NCBI GenBank assembly: GCA_964356795.1
Contig: CAYHIK010000001.1
Location: 3,111 to 67,110, forward strand
Source of the DNA: an uncultured Candidatus Saccharibacteria bacterium
GTDB taxonomy: Bacteria; Patescibacteriota; Minisyncoccia; 2-02-FULL-40-12; GWA2-44-9
DNA: 64,000 nt
Direction: 5' to 3'
A program made the position numbers and the translations under genes. Shown here piece by piece: positions 46,272 through 55,643 of the stretch (its first letter is position 1; each line of letters starts with the position of its first letter). The notes under the pieces were generated by a model that worked only from the letters and a program-made list of their open reading frames with translations, was not told where the DNA came from and made no database searches.

Positions 46272-47537
46272 TTATTTGCACCCCCGAAGCAACGCACGCT
46301 CATACCACTCAAGTGCGCGTTGCGTGTGAATTGCTCGAGTAAAATGCGCTTCGACACGCTCGCGACCAGCAACGCCCATACGCTGTCGAAGCTCGTCATC
46401 GCCTAAGAGTTTCGAAATTGTTTCCGCCATTCCGTCGGCATCAAATGGATTCACCACAAAACCCGTAACACCATCGGCAATAATCTCCGGAGTCCCTCCA
46501 AAGCGTGTACCAACAACGGGCTTTCCCGCAGACATCGCTTGCATGACCATGAGCGGAGCTGGGTCGAAATAAATCGACGGCACCACAACAATGGTTGCAG
46601 CTGAAAACAATGCGGCACGCTCCCTTTCGTGGAGGAGATCGATGCAACGCAGGGCGTGAGATGCGCCCTTCTGTTCTGCGTAACGAATCAGGGAATCCCG
46701 ATACCCACCACGTTCAATTGCCATCACCACGAGAGCGCCTGGGTGAGACTTAAGCACCTGGGGAAGCGTATTGATGAGCACCTCGGACCCCTTATCCTGC
46801 ATGGCACGCCCTCCAAATAGCACGATGGGGCGATTCCCAAAACCAAGCCGCTCACGCAAAGCTACAACCTCGCTATCTGACGCCTGAAACTCAAGCGGCT
46901 CGACACCATTGTAGAGTGTCGTGACGTTCTGAATACCATTTTGGCGAAGCGCATTCCCCAGCGCATCCGAGACGGAAAAAATTGCATGCGCGCTTCGGAG
47001 CGACCGCCGGATACTCCACCTTCGAAATGGATTAAAGGCCTTCCCAACTTGGCGGATAGTAAACAGTATTGGGACGCGATAATCAAACGGACCACGCTGA
47101 TGCGCATTGCTCGAATCAATAAAGTGATAGAGACGCGTATACGCAAAACTCAACGTGTCATGCAGTGTAATGAACACGGGAATGCCAATCGCGTGAATCC
47201 ATCGAAGCGCCGCAAATGAAAAATGCTCGTGCACATTGTGGGCGTGCACAATATCCGGTTTGAGTTTTTGTATAATTGAAAGAGTCGCTGAGCGTATAAA
47301 TGGATTGTTTGCGGAAAGATACGAACGCACAAACTGTGATGTTCGTGGGGCATAGATTCGATGCACCGATATGCCCGCATACGTCGAAACGCCCTCGCCT
47401 TCCTTGTTCTGCGTCGTGGTAATCACATCTATGCTATGCCCGCGCGCCATCATGCCCGATGCCATGTCGAGGGCAACCTGTCCCGCGCCTCCCACACTTT
47501 CAGGCGCAAACGAATCGGTAATATATACAATCTTCAT
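46272..47537 (-). CDS. Glycosyltransferase family 4
   Basis: GGAG, HAHN, KG, PSIYFDP...MQAMSAGKPVV...GG.PE.I.DG.TG motifs. Confidence 0.9.
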   Translation of the reverse strand: MKIVYITDSFAPESVGGAGQVALDMASGMMARGHSIDVITTTQNKEGEGVSTYAGISVHRIYAPRTSQFVRSYLSANNPFIRSATLSIIQKLKPDIVHAHNVHEHFSFAALRWIHAIGIPVFITLHDTLSFAYTRLYHFIDSSNAHQRGPFDYRVPILFTIRQVGKAFNPFRRWSIRRSLRSAHAIFSVSDALGNALRQNGIQNVTTLYNGVEPLEFQASDSEVVALRERLGFGNRPIVLFGGRAMQDKGSEVLINTLPQVLKSHPGALVVMAIERGGYRDSLIRYAEQKGASHALRCIDLLHERERAALFSAATIVVVPSIYFDPAPLMVMQAMSAGKPVVGTRFGGTPEIIADGVTGFVVNPFDADGMAETISKLLGDDELRQRMGVAGRERVEAHFTRAIHTQRALEWYERALLRGCK

Positions 47538-48154
47538 TATTTCTTTTTCACAATGATGAAGCTGTCCGAAAACACCTTCCGGGGATGCGACCACTGATCA
47601 AACCAGAGAAGCGCGCCGTCGATTCGCCGCATTAACCCCTTTCGTATGCGCGACTGCTTCTTGTAGGGATCAAAGACGAGAAACTTCAGATATGAAGACA
47701 GAAGTGCCCATATGCCGCCATACACCCCCCTCTCTACAACATCGCACTGATGGCGCCGAGCGATAGCGCTCAATCCTTCGGGGGTGTACCGGAAAAAGTC
47801 GCCCGGATCTGCGTGCACAGGCTGGGTGAATGGCGCAGTAATAATCGCATGACCGCCAGAGCGCACCACGCGCGAAATCTCACTCATGAGCTGTTCGGGA
47901 TGAGGAACGTGTTCAAATACTTGATTACAAATGACCGTATCAAATTCCCCCTCTCCGAATGGCATATGCAAAACATCGCCCACGACGTCGACGCCGCCGC
48001 CTGCGGATGTATCGATGCATGTGTACGACGTGGCATGTTGAAGGATAAACGATTTGTATTTTGTCGCTGAGCCGCCACCCGCATCAAGTACCCGCCCAGA
48101 GATATATGCGCTTGCATGCACTAATACATCTCGCGTTGTGTGAATATTTTTCAT
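47537..48154 (-). CDS. Class I SAM-dependent methyltransferase
   Basis: VLDAGGG, FDTVICNQVFEHV, PF..PVH..P.DFFRYT motifs. Confidence 0.88.
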   Translation of the reverse strand: MKNIHTTRDVLVHASAYISGRVLDAGGGSATKYKSFILQHATSYTCIDTSAGGGVDVVGDVLHMPFGEGEFDTVICNQVFEHVPHPEQLMSEISRVVRSGGHAIITAPFTQPVHADPGDFFRYTPEGLSAIARRHQCDVVERGVYGGIWALLSSYLKFLVFDPYKKQSRIRKGLMRRIDGALLWFDQWSHPRKVFSDSFIIVKKK

Positions 48155-48795
48155 TTCTTGAGAATGGCAAGCCAGCCCATAGTATGCTTTTTATTTGCGG
48201 CGCTCGTATCAATCCTGTCTAAGAATATCGCGCAACGCCCTACAATGGAAAAACATCGGCTCGCGATGGCGCCAATAATTCTATGTCGGTAGAGTCCACC
48301 ACGATCAATGAAGTATCTGATGCAGAATTGCGTCATCATAGAGAACATCCCGCCACGGGGAACGAATCGCACAACCGAAAGACCACACTCGCCCGCGATA
48401 CTCTCAATCCAATACTTTGTGAACCGAGAAAAATCATACGGCTCTTCATGTAGTTCGCACGCCTGCGGAACCGTTAGCAAGATCGTACCCCTAGGTCGAA
48501 GCACCCTGCTCATTTCGTGCATTGCCTGCTCAGGATGCACAACATGTTCGAGCACCTGTGTGCACACAATTCCATCGAATGACGCATCGGGAAATGGAAT
48601 GTGTTCGGCCGAACCGACGACATCAATGCCGTCCTCCTTTCGGATATCCATTCGAACATATGAATCAAATGTAAAGTAGTGTCGGTAACGCGCGACCGAA
48701 CCAGCCCCAACATCAAGCACCGCGCCTCCGATGTGCGATGCATGTTCTTTGATGTGCCGGTCAAGCAACATGCGATCAATTTGGAAGATTTGCAT
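48151..48795 (-). CDS. Class I SAM-dependent methyltransferase
   Basis: VLDVGAG, FDGIVCTQVLEHV, HEEPYDFSRFT motifs. Confidence 0.88.
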   Translation of the reverse strand: MQIFQIDRMLLDRHIKEHASHIGGAVLDVGAGSVARYRHYFTFDSYVRMDIRKEDGIDVVGSAEHIPFPDASFDGIVCTQVLEHVVHPEQAMHEMSRVLRPRGTILLTVPQACELHEEPYDFSRFTKYWIESIAGECGLSVVRFVPRGGMFSMMTQFCIRYFIDRGGLYRHRIIGAIASRCFSIVGRCAIFLDRIDTSAANKKHTMGWLAILKK

Positions 48796-48799
48796 AGCG

Positions 48800-50131
48800 T
48801 TATGCTGCTGACGCCGTACGTAGATAGCGCCGCGTATACAAGAATATCGTAGCGTGAGCAATGACATACCATGCCGTCACAATTCCAATCGTACCCCACG
48901 CGCCAAAGTGTTTTATCGCAAACAACGCAAGAGGTACGCCGACTCCTAGGTTCACCGTGTGCATTATGATAGAAACATGAACCTTATTGAGCGCTCTCAA
49001 AATTGAACCAAGACCTACGCCAAGACCCATGAGCGCACCGTAGGGAACAAGCGCGTACACATAGCGCACGCTCTGCGCAAATTCAGGGCCATAGAATATC
49101 TTAAACGCTATCGGGGCCACAAGCGCGGCCCCAAGAGTGAGCCCCGTCGAGATGCCGACCGCATACATAGTGACGCGGACAAAGTTTCTCGAGAGTCGCG
49201 CAACTCCCTGTACTTTCATTTTTGGAAATTCAACATTGAGGAGCATTCCTATGGGACCGAGAAATCCAAGCGCCAGGTTAATGTACGCAAATGCGAGTTT
49301 GAAAAACGTAACTTCCGACGGTGATACATAAATACCCGTGAGAAGGATGGGGAGGATGTTGTAGAGATTCGAGAGATTCCTATCAACGGCAATCCAGAAG
49401 CTATATCGCAAATATTTCTGAATAGAAGCTTCGCGCGCATACGCAAGCAAATCTCGAATCCTCGGAAGTATCGAAAAATCTCGCTGTAATCTCTTCCACA
49501 CAACGACTGACGCGATGCAGAGAATGCTTGCACCAACAAAATGACCAGACACGATACCGCCCACACCAAACCCCGCTATCACAAACGAGAGAGCAAACGT
49601 GGTGCGCAACATCTGATCACTCAATCCAAGTATCGTCATCTGGCGAATGCGCCCCACAACCTGGGAGCCAATCGTCGAAAAAGAATACGCCGTCGTCGAG
49701 ACGATCGATGCACAGATAACAACCGCCGCGAACCATCCAATCGCGGTCGTGCCATAGAGCTGATACGAGATAAGTGGTGCCAGCGCCGCACCAAAGAGCG
49801 TTACAAAACTCATGATAACGGTAATCTTCACAAGAAACGCCAGCGCGTCACGGATTTCTCGCGCATCTTTCCGCGCATACGCCTCGCCCAGAATCGTCGT
49901 CACTGCATCCTGCGCTCCTACGCCAAGAAAAATTGAAATGAACCCCGCGAGACTGAATGTAAGCGCGTATACGCCAAATGCTTCGGGCTGAAGCACGCGA
50001 GCCATAATAATACCCGCAATAGCTTGGAATACGTTTCCAAACATGCTCCCCGCCTGAAGAATGGCAGTATTTCGGACAAATGTATGGGTGCGAAAATACT
50101 CGATTTTCTCTCGAATCTGCGCGATTGACAT
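48800..50131 (-). CDS. Wzx-type oligosaccharide flippase
   Basis: About 12 TM; ARVLQPEAFG; located in the glycan cluster. Confidence 0.85.
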   Translation of the reverse strand: MSIAQIREKIEYFRTHTFVRNTAILQAGSMFGNVFQAIAGIIMARVLQPEAFGVYALTFSLAGFISIFLGVGAQDAVTTILGEAYARKDAREIRDALAFLVKITVIMSFVTLFGAALAPLISYQLYGTTAIGWFAAVVICASIVSTTAYSFSTIGSQVVGRIRQMTILGLSDQMLRTTFALSFVIAGFGVGGIVSGHFVGASILCIASVVVWKRLQRDFSILPRIRDLLAYAREASIQKYLRYSFWIAVDRNLSNLYNILPILLTGIYVSPSEVTFFKLAFAYINLALGFLGPIGMLLNVEFPKMKVQGVARLSRNFVRVTMYAVGISTGLTLGAALVAPIAFKIFYGPEFAQSVRYVYALVPYGALMGLGVGLGSILRALNKVHVSIIMHTVNLGVGVPLALFAIKHFGAWGTIGIVTAWYVIAHATIFLYTRRYLRTASAA

Positions 50132-50166
50132 GCGCGCATACTAGCACGGAATGACGCGAAAATAAA

Positions 50167-53100
50167 CTAAAATAGCGACTTTATATATTCTTGCGTCAGC
50201 ACCCCCGCATACTCAAATAGCACCGTGTGCTCCCCTGCAGGGATGGGGAGACCGTGGAAGAGGTAGTTTGCCATGTAGGATTGTGTGGGGGCGCCGTCGA
50301 TGGTGATACGCCATCCGGGGAGATTTGATTCGGAGAAGACGAGCCAGCGATCATGATTTGTTTTTGTCATGAGGCGAAGGTATCCGTCACGGTATGCTTC
50401 GATGGTAATGGAGTCGGATGAGGTGTGTTGATTCTTGATTGCTCCACAATCTGCGCATTCGATGAATGTGGTGTTTGCGAAGTTTGCATTTGATTCGATG
50501 ATTGTTTTGAAATTCTTCTCTTCATCAGTCTCGGATACATGCGTAATGCCCCGTGCAAAGTAGATGCGGGGCATGACAGTCGTGTTCTCGTAGAGATAGA
50601 TGGGGATGTTGAATCGCGTAGATGATGCCTCTTCGAGTAGCTGCAGACCAGAGGTTGCGGGGAGCTCATACGCGGAGATGAGGTACTTCACGTTCAGCAT
50701 GGAGAGGACGGGGAGGCGGTGTGAGAAAAGAGATAGTTTTTCGGGTAGCGAAATGCTTTCATTTGCGAGCGATGCAAACCGCTGGTTCGATTCACTCCCC
50801 ACAAATGCCAGAACTCGCTGCCCCCTTCGTGGCGCCATCGGCTCATAGCCGTCGATGGTCGCAATGCCTCGCAGAAGGCCGGTATTGGGCATGAGCGAAT
50901 CAATGCCATACATCATCGCATCTCTGGATGCACCCTCATTGATTGCGGATATGCGCTGAGATCCTGCAGAACCATAGAGGAAGCTAAACGTACGAAAACT
51001 CATCGCATCATCGCCTCTCGAAAGAATCGCATCCGCGATTGGGGGCGACGAAGAGAGCGTATCAGACCGCGCAAACGTGTGCCCCATCATTCCCGATACA
51101 CCAAGCAACACACACGAAGTAACCACGGACGCCACGGCAAATGCCTTCGCATCTCTCGCATATTGGGCCACCAGATAGACCGCAGCGATAGATGCTAGAG
51201 CGATCAAGAAACTTGCATCTCCGAGCGAAAAATTATCGAAAGAATTTTTCACGATTCGCTCGATGAGTGCGTGGTAGTACTCAAGAGGAAGCCCCGTCGT
51301 GCCCTGATACATTTTCTCTGTGAATTGATGCTGAACGTATCGGATAATGCTCTCGCCCGCCACTGCAAATACCAGAGTTGCTGTCGTGGCAATGCCAAGC
51401 ACGCTAATAAACGCACGTCTTGAATATAGCTGGATACTCGCCCTCACACCCTCCCAATGCTCTATCGTCCACTTCATGCCATAGCCCGCCAGAATTGCCA
51501 TCGAAAAATTAAGAACAAACGTCCATCGAGCTGGCCCACGGAAATACTCCAACACGGGGAGCTGATGGAGTACCCAAAATATGGGGGAGTATTTAAATGA
51601 AGCAATAATCACACCAGCGCTCAGCAAGGCAAAGAATCTAACACTGGATTCGCTCTTGTACATCTTTGCCACCGCAATGAATGCAAATACGAGACCAAAG
51701 ATACCGATATACGGCAAAAATTCGGCGGACACACCGTATCGAAATGAAAAATACGGAAATACAAACTTTATCAAATCCAATGGCGTCGCCGCATCGACAC
51801 TTGCCTGCGCAAGAGTAAGACCGCCGACTCTCGTTGAAAGCGGAGTAAATACCGCCACATATATAAACTGCGGGAGTCCAATAATAAACGCCACGAGAAG
51901 CGCACCAATTGCACGCCCACTATCCCAGATGATGCCCCTCAGGCTCTTTCCCGCCTTGCGCGCCGCAGACTCAAGCCACAGCCAATAGAGCGCAGCGACC
52001 ATGAGCGCCATAATCACGAACTGTTGATGCGACCCCAAGAACGAGAGTCCAACGAGTGCCGAGTAAAACAGCGCCGCCCACCGTGACCCCCTCACCATAC
52101 TCCGCGCCATGAGCAATGATGCGGGCAACACATACACTGCGGAAACAACAGCGATATTTCCAAGCCAATGCGCGGTGAATTGGCCCAGTGTAAACGTAAT
52201 CGCGACAAAAAAGCTTACGAGCCGACTTGAGAATAATTGCCGAGCAAGTGCGTAGCTTAAATATCCCGCAAGGAGAGCAAAGAATACTACGAGTGCATTA
52301 TAACTTCCAGAAAAAGCGCGATAGATTGGATGAAAGAACCCCCACTGAAATGACGATGGAATCGGAAATCCCGAAAGAATCCCAGAAGTCCACTGAGTTC
52401 CCATGATTGAGCTATCCGGATAAAATACCCCAACCGCGTCTCCATCAAAGAAGATATATCTCTGCCCAAAGAATACGCCGAGACAAATGAGCGCAAATAC
52501 ACCAAGCAGTATAAATCTTCGACGCAACGGATTCTCATCATACGCGCCAAAAAAGCGCCGAGTCCAAACTTGAAGAAGTTCCCAGAGCGTGTAGACGTAT
52601 GATCCAATCGATATTCGAGATATAATTGGCGCCGTATACGTAATAGGTATCTCACGAATATCTAAGCCTCGAGCATTTGCAATTGCGAGCATCTCTATAT
52701 CAAACCCCCAACGCATGAGCGAAAGCCGCGAGAATAGTTCATGCGCCAAACTCCCACGAATCATTTTCAAGCCACGTTGAGTGTCGATGATATTCCAACC
52801 CATAACGAATCGGATTAATCGCTTTGCAAGAAGCCCCAATACGCCTCTTTTCCAAAATTGACCGCCAGGGGCGATGCCGGGAGCGGACGCGATTAATACA
52901 TCCGCGCCGTCACAGCATTGAGGCCAGAACTTATCCAGCTCTAAAACACTAATCTGCAAATCTGCATCTATGAAGAGTCGGCAGTCTCCCTGTGCCGCCA
53001 GCATTCCCGTTTTTACAGCTGCTCCCTTTCCTCGGTTTCGCTCATGCGACTTGATTTGGACATGTGAAAGATGGAGCCCTTCAACTACAGACCTCGTATC

Positions 53101-53253
53101 GTCCATAGATCCATCATCAACAACAATAATCTCACACGCCATATTCTTTGCATTGAAATAATCCGTAATCGTTTGAATGGTGCGAATAATACCCCTCCCC
53201 TCATTAAAGGCGGGTATAATAACTGACGTCAGTGTGGGTAGCGCTGATTTCAT
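50167..53253 (-). CDS. Fusion of GT2 (polyprenol-phosphate glycosyltransferase-like) and YfhO-like GT-C protein
   Basis: SVIIPAFNE, VDDGS.D, NRGKG.AV, DADL, DTQRGLK, WGFDIE, then a polytopic region and a YfhO-like C-terminus (PGW...IDG...IPAGEH.V). Confidence 0.85.
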   Translation of the reverse strand: MKSALPTLTSVIIPAFNEGRGIIRTIQTITDYFNAKNMACEIIVVDDGSMDDTRSVVEGLHLSHVQIKSHERNRGKGAAVKTGMLAAQGDCRLFIDADLQISVLELDKFWPQCCDGADVLIASAPGIAPGGQFWKRGVLGLLAKRLIRFVMGWNIIDTQRGLKMIRGSLAHELFSRLSLMRWGFDIEMLAIANARGLDIREIPITYTAPIISRISIGSYVYTLWELLQVWTRRFFGAYDENPLRRRFILLGVFALICLGVFFGQRYIFFDGDAVGVFYPDSSIMGTQWTSGILSGFPIPSSFQWGFFHPIYRAFSGSYNALVVFFALLAGYLSYALARQLFSSRLVSFFVAITFTLGQFTAHWLGNIAVVSAVYVLPASLLMARSMVRGSRWAALFYSALVGLSFLGSHQQFVIMALMVAALYWLWLESAARKAGKSLRGIIWDSGRAIGALLVAFIIGLPQFIYVAVFTPLSTRVGGLTLAQASVDAATPLDLIKFVFPYFSFRYGVSAEFLPYIGIFGLVFAFIAVAKMYKSESSVRFFALLSAGVIIASFKYSPIFWVLHQLPVLEYFRGPARWTFVLNFSMAILAGYGMKWTIEHWEGVRASIQLYSRRAFISVLGIATTATLVFAVAGESIIRYVQHQFTEKMYQGTTGLPLEYYHALIERIVKNSFDNFSLGDASFLIALASIAAVYLVAQYARDAKAFAVASVVTSCVLLGVSGMMGHTFARSDTLSSSPPIADAILSRGDDAMSFRTFSFLYGSAGSQRISAINEGASRDAMMYGIDSLMPNTGLLRGIATIDGYEPMAPRRGQRVLAFVGSESNQRFASLANESISLPEKLSLFSHRLPVLSMLNVKYLISAYELPATSGLQLLEEASSTRFNIPIYLYENTTVMPRIYFARGITHVSETDEEKNFKTIIESNANFANTTFIECADCGAIKNQHTSSDSITIEAYRDGYLRLMTKTNHDRWLVFSESNLPGWRITIDGAPTQSYMANYLFHGLPIPAGEHTVLFEYAGVLTQEYIKSLF
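50193..50716. repeat. 524-bp exact direct repeat, copy 1
   Basis: Base-by-base reading matches 53255-53778 (offset 3062). Confidence 0.95.
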
Positions 53254-55643
53254 CGCGTCAGCACCCCCGCATACTCAAATAGCACCGTGTGCTCCCCTGC
53301 AGGGATGGGGAGACCGTGGAAGAGGTAGTTTGCCATGTAGGATTGTGTGGGGGCGCCGTCGATGGTGATACGCCATCCGGGGAGATTTGATTCGGAGAAG
53401 ACGAGCCAGCGATCATGATTTGTTTTTGTCATGAGGCGAAGGTATCCGTCACGGTATGCTTCGATGGTAATGGAGTCGGATGAGGTGTGTTGATTCTTGA
53501 TTGCTCCACAATCTGCGCATTCGATGAATGTGGTGTTTGCGAAGTTTGCATTTGATTCGATGATTGTTTTGAAATTCTTCTCTTCATCAGTCTCGGATAC
53601 ATGCGTAATGCCCCGTGCAAAGTAGATGCGGGGCATGACAGTCGTGTTCTCGTAGAGATAGATGGGGATGTTGAATCGCGTAGATGATGCCTCTTCGAGT
53701 AGCTGCAGACCAGAGGTTGCGGGGAGCTCATACGCGGAGATGAGGTACTTCACGTTCAGCATGGAGAGGACGGGGAGGTGGCGTGAGAATATTTGTAATT
53801 TCTCTTGCAGAGGCATCGAGGCATACGCCAATGAAGCACCCGTCGTAGCTCGCTCACTTCCAAGAAGCGCTATCGTTCGCGCAATGCGCCGCGTCATAAT
53901 ATTGGAAAAACCATCAATACTCAAAGCTCCGTACTGAATGCCAATATTGGGCACCATGAGGTCTCGCTGAAATTCAATAGAATCCGAGATTGAATACGTT
54001 CCCGAAAATGGCTGGTTCAATTTCTGATCTACAGCCGAGCCCGAAAGAACACTCAAATATCTGCCATCAGCGCCCTGCATACGCTCAGAGAATACTGGAG
54101 ATTTAGCAATGACTGATGCAGGAATAATTTGCGTTATATTGGGGTGCACAAAGAAAAGCGAGCACGCTGTGAGCGCAATCGTCGCACCACGTGCATAGCC
54201 GTCAAAGCCACGAACCGCCACCCGTCGAGCAATGAGAATTGCGACTCCGATAGATGCGAATCCAACGAAAAACACGGGATTGAATATGTCAGCATTGGAG
54301 ATAAGAGTATTGAAGAGCGATGAGATTGCGTTGTGGTAATGCTCCGCCGAGAGCCCACCCGTACGCGATGCGAGAAAATGCTCATCAAAATATGCATAGG
54401 CATATGAGAGGATGTGTGGACGAAGCGGAATAATAATCAAGCGCACAACAAGCGCGATAATAGCCAATCCCCCGAACATCCAGCGAAGCACTCGTTGAGC
54501 CCTACCCCATACAGAGTGCGCACCATGCGCTCTCGCGAAATCAAAGCCGATACCAGCCATAATCGCTAATCCAAAATTTCCGATATACATCCACCGATTT
54601 GAGCCACGGAATAGTTCGAGCACGGGAAGTTGATGCATGAGCCAGAACAAGGGGGAAAAGCGGAGTGCTGATAGTATCCCAAATCCAAACAAAAGCAGCA
54701 TCGGTAAAACACGTGAATCTAATCTACGAATCGTATACGCCACGCACGCCAGTATGACGGCAATAATCCCGATATAGAGCGTTGGCTCGGGTGCGTTTAG
54801 CTTGAGAAGTTGCACCCCTGGCATCACATACCACACCCAATCAAATGGGGTCAGAGAAGATATCTGCGCATCCTGAAAGCTCAGCCCCTGCGAGCGAGCG
54901 CTCAGCTCGGTGAATATTTGGGATGGAGAGATTTGGGGCCATGCAAGCAGAAAACCAAGACCCGCGCAGACACATATCAGTGCGAGTGATTTGAGTATGT
55001 TGCGCCTCATAAGCCTATCACTCTTCGCGCGCAAGAACTCAAAGACAGCGAGCAAGCCGACTCCGATATACGCCAAAACAACCCACTGAGGCTGGCCCGC
55101 GATAAGCGCATACCAGGTTGCAAGGAGCGCGATAATCGAAAATGCATAACGCCCGCTCATCCCCCTCCGAAGCGCGATAACGAGAATCGGGAGAAGATAT
55201 ATGGAATTCGCAACGGTTATATTATTGCTCCAATTCGCATTATGAGATCCGAATGAATACGCGATTGCAGTAAAGAGTGATGCCTGTCGAGATAGCGCAT
55301 AGCTTCGCGCGGCTCCAAATGACGCGACGAAAAGGACAGCCAGCGAAATAAATATCTCGATATTGTACGCCCCAACAACGTCAAACGTCCGAAATAGAAA
55401 TTGCGTTAGCGGAGATTCGAGACCACCGATGAGATCGATAAACATGGGGAACCCGCCCAGCATACCAGACGACCACAGAAACGAATTACCATCGCGCAAC
55501 TGCTCCGCAAAAAAAGTAAGACCTGGATAAAAAGACTGAATAGCATCGCCATTTGAATACGCGTAGCCAAATATCTGCGGAATAAAAAAGAGAATCATGA
55601 CTGCGCCAAGCGAAGCAATAGTTAAAATCTTTTTACTCTTCAT
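53250..55643 (-). CDS. YfhO-like GT-C membrane protein
   Basis: D....FYP, LW......GFP, YIG, LPVLELFR...RW, MLNVKY and YfhO-like C-terminus. Confidence 0.85.
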   Translation of the reverse strand: MKSKKILTIASLGAVMILFFIPQIFGYAYSNGDAIQSFYPGLTFFAEQLRDGNSFLWSSGMLGGFPMFIDLIGGLESPLTQFLFRTFDVVGAYNIEIFISLAVLFVASFGAARSYALSRQASLFTAIAYSFGSHNANWSNNITVANSIYLLPILVIALRRGMSGRYAFSIIALLATWYALIAGQPQWVVLAYIGVGLLAVFEFLRAKSDRLMRRNILKSLALICVCAGLGFLLAWPQISPSQIFTELSARSQGLSFQDAQISSLTPFDWVWYVMPGVQLLKLNAPEPTLYIGIIAVILACVAYTIRRLDSRVLPMLLLFGFGILSALRFSPLFWLMHQLPVLELFRGSNRWMYIGNFGLAIMAGIGFDFARAHGAHSVWGRAQRVLRWMFGGLAIIALVVRLIIIPLRPHILSYAYAYFDEHFLASRTGGLSAEHYHNAISSLFNTLISNADIFNPVFFVGFASIGVAILIARRVAVRGFDGYARGATIALTACSLFFVHPNITQIIPASVIAKSPVFSERMQGADGRYLSVLSGSAVDQKLNQPFSGTYSISDSIEFQRDLMVPNIGIQYGALSIDGFSNIMTRRIARTIALLGSERATTGASLAYASMPLQEKLQIFSRHLPVLSMLNVKYLISAYELPATSGLQLLEEASSTRFNIPIYLYENTTVMPRIYFARGITHVSETDEEKNFKTIIESNANFANTTFIECADCGAIKNQHTSSDSITIEAYRDGYLRLMTKTNHDRWLVFSESNLPGWRITIDGAPTQSYMANYLFHGLPIPAGEHTVLFEYAGVLTR
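53255..53778. repeat. 524-bp exact direct repeat, copy 2
   Basis: Identical to 50193-50716. Confidence 0.95.

Noticed and set aside
50367-53731. Two identical 100-aa ORFs (50367-50669, 53429-53731) as a duplicated small gene or IS
   Set aside because: Alternative frames of the 524-bp repeat inside the YfhO genes; no transposase motifs or terminal inverted repeats.
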